In this document: positions 1-7,384 of the stretch, piece by piece
Layout: each line of letters opens with the position of its first letter
Numbering within the stretch: position 1 is the stretch's first letter
NCBI GenBank assembly: GCA_964620875.1
Contig: CAZUKK010000010.1
Location: 125-64,124 of the forward strand
Origin: an uncultured Clostridium sp.
GTDB taxonomy: Bacteria > Cyanobacteriota > Vampirovibrionia > Gastranaerophilales > Gastranaerophilaceae
Direction: 5' to 3'
Length of the DNA: 64,000 bases
The notes under the pieces: model-generated
Databases searched by the model: none
What the model saw: the letters and a program-made list of their open reading frames with translations, nothing else
What the model was told of the DNA's origin: nothing
Translations under genes and position numbers: made by a program

Positions 1-407
1 TCAGACAACAATCCTAAAGATGCACAACAATGAATACCTTCAATTGACGCAACTTCTTTTATCATTTCTAAAATTTTATTAAAATCATTATCACTTGGTT
101 TTCTTCCTGATGTTACAATACAGAATCTTGTTGCACCATTTTCCTTTGCACTTAACGCAGCTAGTTTTACGGTTTCAACATCTAAAAGCGGATGACAGTC
201 AATTTCAGCATGGTTGTGTTTACTTTGTGCACAGTATTTGCAGTTTTCTGAACATGCTCCAGTTTTAGCACTAATTATTGAACAAGCCTCGACCTCATTA
301 TTAAAATTATCGGCAGTAATTTTATTTGCAATTTCTAAAAGTTCAGCAAGAGGTCTATCATACAACTTTACAAAATCATCTTTTGTGTAATTATTAAAAT
401 TATTCAT
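1..407 (-). CDS. bioB: biotin synthase, N-terminal part (gene runs off the left edge of the window)
   Basis: Own translation of the minus strand from the ATG at 405-407 gives MNNFNNYTKDDFVKLYDRPLAELLEIANKITADNFNNEVEACSIISAKTGACSENCKYCAQSKHNH...ENGATRFCIVTSGRK. It has the radical-SAM CxxxCxxC motif and BioB-like layout. It is absent from the ORF track because it is truncated. Confidence 0.8.
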   Translation of the reverse strand, partial: MNNFNNYTKDDFVKLYDRPLAELLEIANKITADNFNNEVEACSIISAKTGACSENCKYCAQSKHNHAEIDCHPLLDVETVKLAALSAKENGATRFCIVTSGRKPSDNDFNKILEMIKEVASIEGIHCCASLGLLS

Positions 408-480
408 AATCTACTCCTTTATATATTTTATGGTATAGCGAATAAATTTATATTAACACAAACATGTTTTCGTAAATGGG

Positions 481-517
481 TAAAAAATAAAAAAAGTCGG
501 GATTGTCCCGACTTTTT
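481..517 (-). terminator. Rho-independent hairpin terminator (bidirectional); would lie directly 3' of tRNA-Asn in an island-free configuration
   Basis: GTCGGGA-TTG-TCCCGAC stem-loop at 496-512, flanked by an A-run (481-495) and a T-run (513-517). Confidence 0.6.
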
Positions 518-519
518 GC

Positions 520-531
520 AATAAAAAACTC
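520..531. repeat. left copy of the 12-bp direct repeat AATAAAAAACTC (candidate attL core)
   Basis: Identical 12-mer at 11764-11775, overlapping the tRNA-Asn 3' end. This copy sits next to the terminator hairpin. Confidence 0.55.
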
Positions 532-692
532 ACTTTAGTGGACGATTTCAGAACTTTTTTATTAAAAAGTGTTGCATAAAAACATATTAAAATAATGATA
601 TTTATTCTTTTTTGTGTTTCTATATTAACATTCAGATTTACGAAAATAGTTCATGAAATATTACTAATCAATATATTAAAGGATATATAAAA

Positions 693-1340
693 ATGCAAGA
701 CTGGCAAAAATATGAGCAACAAATTTATGAAAAGTTTTCATCCAAATATGATGATTGTAAATTTGAAAAAAATTATCGCATTAAAGGCATCTATAGTAAA
801 TCAGATAGGCAAATTGATGTTGCTATTATAGGTGAAATTGCTGGTTTTACGCAATTGGGTATAATTGAGTGCAAATGTTATAATAGTAAAATTGATGTTA
901 AAACAGTAGATAGCTTTATAGGTTTTATGCAAGATGTAAGTGCTAATTTTGGAGTTATAATAACAACTTTAGGTTTTTCTGAAGGTGCAAAAAATAGAGC
1001 ACAAAATCAAAACATTCACTTAGACATTGTTGAATTAGATAAGCTTGAATACTACGAATTTACCCCAGATACAGATATTTGCCACATGTGTGATGATAAA
1101 TACAGAAATATTGTACATTGGGATAGGCATGATGTTGAAAACGCTTTTGATATTGGACATTGTGCATATTGTAATGAAACTCATATAAGATGTAAAAATT
1201 GCGGAGGAATAACCTCAATATCTGAAACCAATCAAGATGGTATTATAGAATGTTTAGGTGGGTGTGGTTTAAAAATTAAACATTATTACGATGAATGCAA
1301 TGAAGAATATTTTGAAATAATTGAAAAAAGTAATTATTAA
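693..1340 (+). CDS. PD-(D/E)xK (Mrr/restriction-endonuclease-like) nuclease fused to a C-terminal zinc-ribbon cluster
   Basis: SDRQIDVAI...GIIECKCY fits a D...ExK nuclease core. The C-terminal half has Cys/His pairs: CHMCDDK, HCAYCNETHIRCKNCGG and ECLGGCG. Confidence 0.55.
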   Translation: MQDWQKYEQQIYEKFSSKYDDCKFEKNYRIKGIYSKSDRQIDVAIIGEIAGFTQLGIIECKCYNSKIDVKTVDSFIGFMQDVSANFGVIITTLGFSEGAKNRAQNQNIHLDIVELDKLEYYEFTPDTDICHMCDDKYRNIVHWDRHDVENAFDIGHCAYCNETHIRCKNCGGITSISETNQDGIIECLGGCGLKIKHYYDECNEEYFEIIEKSNY

Positions 1341-1341
1341 A

Positions 1342-2064
1342 TTACAATTTAACTAAAATTTTTTGATTAGTAATTTCCTTATCACCAATTTGAGCATTCA
1401 TTTCATAAAATTCTTTTTTGCTTTGTGGGGGATGTGCAATATCTTTTAGTGAACCCAATTTAATAGTTATTGGCTCTATAATATTATTTTGCTTGATAGC
1501 CAATCTCCACTCATTTTGATATGAGAATTTATCAAACTTTTTGAAACAACCCATATCACCATAATGATTAAACTCATCAATATATTCAATAAAACCTAAT
1601 TTAGCACCCCATTGATTTTCTTTCAACTTTTCAGTTAGTCGTATTATAAATTCATTTGAATTATGAATAATAACAACATAATCTTTGCCATCTGCAAAAT
1701 TTCTTTCATCTAATAGTAAGTCATTTTCTAATGCCCATACTGTATCAATGGAAGTCATACTATATAAATGGGAGTATTCAGGACAATTTATATTCATTGC
1801 AACAGATAATGTTCCACCCTCTCTTGTTAAGGTAAATTGTTCATCATCAGTACCTAGTGTTATTGTAATATTTTCCAATCCTTTTCCGGCATAATATTCT
1901 TCAGTTGCTTCAAATCTATCAGCACGACCATCACCATTATCTTCAAGTTTTATAAAATAATCGAAAGTATTTAAATACAATAATCCATCATTGTATAGCA
2001 TTTCCATATGTTCTTTTGTGCCAAATTTTAATAATCCAATATAGTTTTTACTTCCAATTTTCAT
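1342..2064 (-). CDS. hypothetical protein, downstream partner of the NDT-like gene (weak DUF2971-like resemblance only)
   Basis: 240-aa ORF. Its ATG overlaps (TAATG) the stop of the extended upstream reading frame. Motifs LLYLNTFDYF and YQNEWRL are present, but no confident family call can be made by eye. Confidence 0.5.
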   Translation of the reverse strand: MKIGSKNYIGLLKFGTKEHMEMLYNDGLLYLNTFDYFIKLEDNGDGRADRFEATEEYYAGKGLENITITLGTDDEQFTLTREGGTLSVAMNINCPEYSHLYSMTSIDTVWALENDLLLDERNFADGKDYVVIIHNSNEFIIRLTEKLKENQWGAKLGFIEYIDEFNHYGDMGCFKKFDKFSYQNEWRLAIKQNNIIEPITIKLGSLKDIAHPPQSKKEFYEMNAQIGDKEITNQKILVKL

Positions 2065-2157
2065 TATATTATAACTGCCTCAATTCTTTTTCTTAGAGCC
2101 TCTTTAAATTCATCAAGTTTATTATAATCCCACAAAATTATATTTCTATGGTTTAGG

Positions 2158-3204
2158 TCAAAATGCACCTTCTCTAATTATATTGCCTTTATCGTCTTTT
2201 TGAGTATTTAGCCATTCTTGATTACAGGTGTAAATAACAGGTAATCCTAAGCCATACGCAAAACCAGCTTCAAAATACACACCGCCTCTATAGCCAGTTA
2301 AATCTGCTACGACAAACTTACTTTTTCTGATTTCTGCAATCATTTCATCATTAATATCATTACAATGTTCTTTACAGTCTATTCTCATAGCGGTGTATTT
2401 GTCTTTTGATGTCGAAATTGCAGGCTCAATAGCATTTTCATAAGTTTTTTGCATATCATATTTGCATTCTTTTATGTTTTCATCTCTATTAAACCACATA
2501 GCAACAAATGCTTGCTTAGATAGGTTTGATGAATTATGCTTTTCCATATATTCAATGCCTTTACTTGTCACTGCAACATGGTATTGAGGATATGATATGT
2601 ATTCGCAATAGCAATCGTAAAAACTCTTGCCAACATTGAAATTATATTGATAATGTTTCTTATCATACCTACTACTTTGATTAGATGGCAAAACTTTCAA
2701 TTCTACACTAGTACAAAATTTGTTTTCGCATAAAAACATCAATATATTATACAGTTCTGTATTATTTTTACAATAAAATAAAGGAAAAATTGAATTTATA
2801 TCAATTTGAACTGTATCGCCAAAAAATCTTGTATTTTTGATTAAATACTCCAACACTATTTTAGTTTTATCTAAAAGACTTGGAATGTTGTATATATCAT
2901 CAATTTCTTTTAATCTTATTTCAGTTAGATTTTCAAAACCTAATCTTTGATTATTTACCAAATTTTGTAAATATCTTTTCTTGACTACATATCTAACTTT
3001 TAAGCGTTGATTATCGTCAAACTCATCAGGACAATTTGTTAGCAAATCATTAGCTGCTGCATCACAAATGAAACTCCCACAAAAAGGACATTCTACAACA
3101 CCTGCATTTCTTTTAACATTTTCCAAATTAAAACAAAGTGGACACATTTCTAATTGATTATCAACCATTTGCATATTCCTTATTTTGTATTTATCATAAC
3201 CCAA
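2158..3204 (-). CDS. zinc-ribbon + nucleoside 2-deoxyribosyltransferase-like (NDT/TIR-like Rossmann fold) protein; 3' end apparently frameshifted
   Basis: The N-terminus has a CPLC...CPFC zinc ribbon. The C-terminal FVAMWF...VVADLTGYRGGVYFEAGFAYGLGLPVIY resembles the NDT-type signature with an ExG acid. The ORF stops at 2158, but a 31-codon continuation runs to 2064 in the adjacent frame. Confidence 0.6.
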   Translation of the reverse strand: MGYDKYKIRNMQMVDNQLEMCPLCFNLENVKRNAGVVECPFCGSFICDAAANDLLTNCPDEFDDNQRLKVRYVVKKRYLQNLVNNQRLGFENLTEIRLKEIDDIYNIPSLLDKTKIVLEYLIKNTRFFGDTVQIDINSIFPLFYCKNNTELYNILMFLCENKFCTSVELKVLPSNQSSRYDKKHYQYNFNVGKSFYDCYCEYISYPQYHVAVTSKGIEYMEKHNSSNLSKQAFVAMWFNRDENIKECKYDMQKTYENAIEPAISTSKDKYTAMRIDCKEHCNDINDEMIAEIRKSKFVVADLTGYRGGVYFEAGFAYGLGLPVIYTCNQEWLNTQKDDKGNIIREGAF

Positions 3205-3319
3205 ATATTTCTTTCTAAAAATCTAGAAAGTGAAAAATTTTAAGTTTTCTTAAAAAAAATTTTTTGGCTAAAATCCAATAATATCTTAAAATTTAAAAAA
3301 TATTTAAAAATATTTTCCC

Positions 3320-3356
3320 AAAAAGTGAAATGGTTACATAAAACATCCCTTATAAT
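3320..3356 (+). promoter_or_regulatory. candidate promoter/operator of the island replication operon
   Basis: AAAAAGTGAAATGGT (3320-3334), then 16 nt, then TATAAT (3351-3356). The same 15-mer plus a -10 element recurs at 10176-10211. Confidence 0.35.
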
Positions 3357-3412
3357 AGAATTAAGGACGTCCGCACATTGAAACTAAAAATTTAAAGAAA
3401 GAGGTATCAATC

Positions 3413-3604
3413 ATGACTATTCCAAATGAAAGTATGATTAATGAAACTGTTGTGCATTTTAGCAAGTATAGGAAACTACCTATATCATCTAATGAAGCGA
3501 TGAAAACAATTGTTAATTTTAATGGCTTTATACACTTATTACTTCGATTAGATAAAAAGAGAAGTATTATGAATACAGGAAGGGAACTAAAAAATGTCGG
3601 ATAA
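3413..3604 (+). CDS. small hypothetical protein (first gene of the island plus-strand operon)
   Basis: 63-aa ORF with an AGAGG ribosome-binding site upstream. It overlaps the next gene's start by 11 nt. No recognisable motif. Confidence 0.3.
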   Translation: MTIPNESMINETVVHFSKYRKLPISSNEAMKTIVNFNGFIHLLLRLDKKRSIMNTGRELKNVG

Positions 3605-5078
3605 AATAATGGAATTACCTGAAATGCCGGATATTTTCAGAAAAATGGTAATATTACTTATGAAAAGACATAGAAAAGCTAGTATAGGCATGATTTTAAA
3701 TATGGTAATTTGTAAAACTGCTTTTGCACTATGCTCTAAAAGAATAAAATATCGTGAAATTAAAAATACAGGATTTCCAAATTGGTACACTATAATTTTT
3801 GCACCTTCAGGTTGTGGAAAAGATAGAATAAATGATGATTTAGATAAATATTTTTTCAAAAATTTTAGACTTTGGTTTGACCAAAAAGCAATGGATTGGT
3901 ACAATGAACAAGTTAGAAAAATTGAAAGTATAGCTGAAGATTTATTTCAAGATACTAAATCACATAGTGAAGCCAAGAAGAAAGCTTTTATTAAAGATGC
4001 TAAAGAAAAGATAAGACCATTAGTATTTGAAGTTTATAATGGAACAGCAGAAGGTATATTTGAAGAAGCTAAAGTTCGTTCTAAAAGTGATATCGGTGCT
4101 ATTTTAATTACAATTACCGAATTTTCAAAATATTTTCTTAATTCAAAAACCGAAGATAAACAATTCTTCTCGTTTTTACTTATTGCTTACGGTGGAAAAT
4201 TTCCTTCAAAATGTACCAAAGGTGATAAAAGAGAAAATGATGTTATTGGAGTTCCTTTAAATTGTTTGTTAATGTGTGATTATAGCTTATTTGAACACCC
4301 AAAAGCAAAACAAGATTTAATGTTAGAATTACAAACAGGATTTGCTAGAAGGGCGATAATAACTTTTATACCGCATATTGTATTTGAAAATGATTTTGAT
4401 GCAGAAACTTCTTTAAAAAATGACTATATATTTTTTGAACAAGCAAGTTTAATAAATGAGGAATTTATATCTATATTTAGTAGTATTCAAGACCATTTTG
4501 AATATAATATGCCAGATGATGTTTTACTCTTTTTAAAGAAGTATAAATACAAATTAGAACAAGAAGCTAATACTACTGAAAATGAGTTACTAAGAAAAGA
4601 AATTCTTGATAGAGAATTGAAAACGATTAAATTAGCAACCATCTTTGCACCGTTCAATCATTCTGAAAAAATAATTACATTAACAGATGTAAAACAAGCA
4701 ATTTCAGTAATTGAATATTTAAGTAAAGATTTCAGAATGTTTGTAGGATATAAACCTAAACGTATGGATAAGTATGATGAACTATTTAATTTCTTTTTAG
4801 AAAATTTAGACAAGAAATTCAATAGAATGCACATTAGAGAAAAAGCAAAACAGTTTGGATTTACTCTCAAAAATTTTAAAGAAGATTTAAATAATGCTCT
4901 TGTTTTTGTAAAAGAACTTGCCAATGAGTCTGGTTATAACTTATTTGAAGAACCATATAACAATAATACCGGCATGTATTATTGGCTATCTAAAAAAGTA
5001 AATGATGATGAGTTAGGACATTGTTCTTTAAATAAACTCGTAAACAATAATCTAAAAAATCCACAAAATGTAGCATAG
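3594..5078 (+). CDS. P-loop NTPase, putative replication/helicase-like protein of the element (DUF3987-like?)
   Basis: Walker A-like FAPSGCGKDR and Walker B-like LNCLLMCDYS. It sits immediately upstream of a primase gene, as in satellite/prophage replication modules. Confidence 0.45.
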   Translation: MSDKIMELPEMPDIFRKMVILLMKRHRKASIGMILNMVICKTAFALCSKRIKYREIKNTGFPNWYTIIFAPSGCGKDRINDDLDKYFFKNFRLWFDQKAMDWYNEQVRKIESIAEDLFQDTKSHSEAKKKAFIKDAKEKIRPLVFEVYNGTAEGIFEEAKVRSKSDIGAILITITEFSKYFLNSKTEDKQFFSFLLIAYGGKFPSKCTKGDKRENDVIGVPLNCLLMCDYSLFEHPKAKQDLMLELQTGFARRAIITFIPHIVFENDFDAETSLKNDYIFFEQASLINEEFISIFSSIQDHFEYNMPDDVLLFLKKYKYKLEQEANTTENELLRKEILDRELKTIKLATIFAPFNHSEKIITLTDVKQAISVIEYLSKDFRMFVGYKPKRMDKYDELFNFFLENLDKKFNRMHIREKAKQFGFTLKNFKEDLNNALVFVKELANESGYNLFEEPYNNNTGMYYWLSKKVNDDELGHCSLNKLVNNNLKNPQNVA

Positions 5079-5176
5079 TTATTGGATTGTAAGATTTTTT
5101 CAAAATATAAAATCTGAAAATCCATAACAAGTAAAGATTATATGGATTTTTCAGATTTATAAAAGGCAGTGTAAAA

Positions 5177-6064
5177 ATGAGTAAATTAACTTTAGAAAAC
5201 GTAATTACATATTTGGGGCAACCACACAAAAAATGCAATCATGAACTTATTTGGCAATGCCCTATTTGTAAAGATAGAGGTAAAGATAATTTAAAATACA
5301 ACATAGATAAAAATGTTTTATATTGTTTTGCAAATTCAGACCACTCAAAAACAATTTTAAAAGAAATAAATATAAATAACGGTAGATTTTATATAAAAGA
5401 CGAAACCAGTCTAATAAATAAGCCTGTAGAACCTGCAAATTTAACTTTAGAACAAACTTTAAAATATGAAGATTATATGTACCAATGTAATGAAATTTTG
5501 CTTCGTGATAAAAACTTGCTGAAATTTCTATATGATAAAAGAGGAATAACTCCTAATACTGTTTCGATGACTAAATTAGGCTATGATAAGAGAAAACAAA
5601 TATGGACTATTCCAACAATTAAATATAGTTGTAATTCAAACCACGTTATAGGATTTGAATTTAGACCTCATAATTTATCTAAAATCGGTTTATATCGTAC
5701 AAAAGGCTCTCCAAGTTGTTTAGCTATGATAAACGATTATTATACTGGTATTGATACACTATGCGTTATAGAAGGATATTTTGATGGTTATGCACTATTA
5801 CAATATCTTTCAGAATGCAAAGAAGATAAATATTATCATATAGTTACGCCTTCAAATGGCGTTCAATCATTAATGAAATTCATGCCGGATATTAATTACA
5901 ACAAATACAAAAAGTATTATCTTTTTATTGATAATGATGAAGTTTCAAACAAAATTAAATCACAAATTGTTGAAAAATATCCACAATTTGAGACAATAAA
6001 TATGATTTGTGATTGCAAGGATTTCAATGAACATTATCTAAAATGTATAAAAGGGAGGAAGTAA
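5177..6064 (+). CDS. DNA primase-like protein (zinc finger + TOPRIM)
   Basis: Zinc finger WQCPICKDRGKDNL...LYCFANSDH. TOPRIM-like CVIEGYFDGYAL (Glu) and LFIDNDEVSNK (DxD). Confidence 0.65.
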   Translation: MSKLTLENVITYLGQPHKKCNHELIWQCPICKDRGKDNLKYNIDKNVLYCFANSDHSKTILKEININNGRFYIKDETSLINKPVEPANLTLEQTLKYEDYMYQCNEILLRDKNLLKFLYDKRGITPNTVSMTKLGYDKRKQIWTIPTIKYSCNSNHVIGFEFRPHNLSKIGLYRTKGSPSCLAMINDYYTGIDTLCVIEGYFDGYALLQYLSECKEDKYYHIVTPSNGVQSLMKFMPDINYNKYKKYYLFIDNDEVSNKIKSQIVEKYPQFETINMICDCKDFNEHYLKCIKGRK

Positions 6065-6465
6065 TGCCAAAAGCAGATGGATACAAAAATTTAATTCCAG
6101 CTAATAAGCGAAGCAAGGAAGAAGCTAGGATGTTAGGACAAAAAGGCGGTATAAAATCTGGAGAAGCTCGCAGAATGCGTAAAACACTAAAGGAACATTT
6201 ATTACTATTACTTGAAGAAAATGATTTGCAAGAAAACCTTTGTTTAGCACTTATAGATAAAGCTTTAGAAGGCGACACAAAAGCATTTCAAATAATAAGA
6301 GATACTATTGGAGAAAAGCCGATTGATAAAGTTTGCATGACTACTGCTAATGTAAACTTGCAACAATCCTACAATGAAGTTAAAGCATTAATTGAGGCTC
6401 AAAAACAAAAACTTATTGAAGAAAACCGACGCGAGGTACTTCAAATCGAAGAACGGGAATATTAA
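6064..6465 (+). CDS. small basic protein, possibly terminase small-subunit-like/DNA-binding
   Basis: The start is moved to the ATG at 6064, which has a GGGAGGAAG ribosome-binding site and a TAATG overlap with the primase stop. The N-terminus KNLIPANKRSKEEARMLGQKGGIKSGEARR resembles small phage packaging/DNA-binding proteins, from memory only. Confidence 0.3.
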   Translation: MPKADGYKNLIPANKRSKEEARMLGQKGGIKSGEARRMRKTLKEHLLLLLEENDLQENLCLALIDKALEGDTKAFQIIRDTIGEKPIDKVCMTTANVNLQQSYNEVKALIEAQKQKLIEENRREVLQIEEREY

Positions 6466-6550
6466 CCCTCCCCCTACCCCTCAAAAAGTAGTAAAAATAA
6501 GCCTATAAACATGGATAGTACCCCTAGAAAAATTTTTCAAATTTCAAGGG

Positions 6551-7360
6551 TTATTCATATTTGCTTAATGTTTCAAGCATATCATAACCCAATTCGGTTA
6601 ATACGATACAAATGTCCCCACTATCATGAAACACCTTGATAAGATTTAATTGTTTTAACAAATCCAAACTTGTCTCATCGCATATATTATTATCAAAAAT
6701 ATATAATCTGTTATAAATATTTACATTTTCAGGATAAGGTACATTAATATGTATTTCAGGAATTGAATTTGACCTTATCATCTCATATTGTCCATCATAC
6801 TCTACAACATCACCAACTTCTAAATTTCCTGAAATTTCATCAGCAGTATCAGCAATTAAACATTTATTATTATAATTCTCTAATTCATCAGATATATCAT
6901 TAACTAAATATTTTTTACCTTTCTGAAAATCAAAAACAGCTTTTAGAAGTCTCGCTTCTTGTCCACCAATTTTAGATAAAATTTCTGCATATTGAATTTT
7001 TATTGGTGTATATTTAGAAGAAGTATCCAGTAACAATTTTGCCCATAAAGCAAACATAATTTCTTCATGTTCTACTGACAATTTTTCAAATAATGGTATT
7101 GCAGCTTTTGGTGGAATTGGATTTACTTCAATATTATATTTGTTTTTCAACTCTTGAGCCTTTTGAGCAATCAGTAATGTTGTTTCGGCTCTATATCTTT
7201 CAACTTGTGCATTTCTAACAGATGGAAAAAATAATGCTACTAAATTTTCTAAACCACTAAAAACTTTTTCAAAACTTACTAATGTATTATTTGAAAAATT
7301 ATCACTTGCGATATTATTATCAGAAAGCATACTATTTGAAACATTATTGTTGTCTATCAA
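6551..7360 (-). CDS. Abi-alpha / DUF4393-like protein, downstream partner of the reverse transcriptase
   Basis: IPPKAAIPLFEKLSVEHEEIMFALWAKLLLDTSSKYTPIKIQYAEILSKIGGQEARLLKAVF matches my recollection of the DUF4393/Abi_alpha core (..P..l.P.le.as.e.de.l...WA.LL......hp.f.eIL.ql...Ea.iL). It lies 24 nt after the RT stop. Confidence 0.5.
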   Translation of the reverse strand: MIDNNNVSNSMLSDNNIASDNFSNNTLVSFEKVFSGLENLVALFFPSVRNAQVERYRAETTLLIAQKAQELKNKYNIEVNPIPPKAAIPLFEKLSVEHEEIMFALWAKLLLDTSSKYTPIKIQYAEILSKIGGQEARLLKAVFDFQKGKKYLVNDISDELENYNNKCLIADTADEISGNLEVGDVVEYDGQYEMIRSNSIPEIHINVPYPENVNIYNRLYIFDNNICDETSLDLLKQLNLIKVFHDSGDICIVLTELGYDMLETLSKYE

Positions 7361-7384
7361 ATTATTCTCCTTAAATTTTCAAAT

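Noticed and set aside
6466-6485. C-rich tract CCCTCCCCCTACCCCTC in the AT-rich island (possible att or motif)
   Set aside because: It has no partner repeat at the island ends. It sits in a convergent intergenic terminator region and no structure or function can be argued from the sequence.
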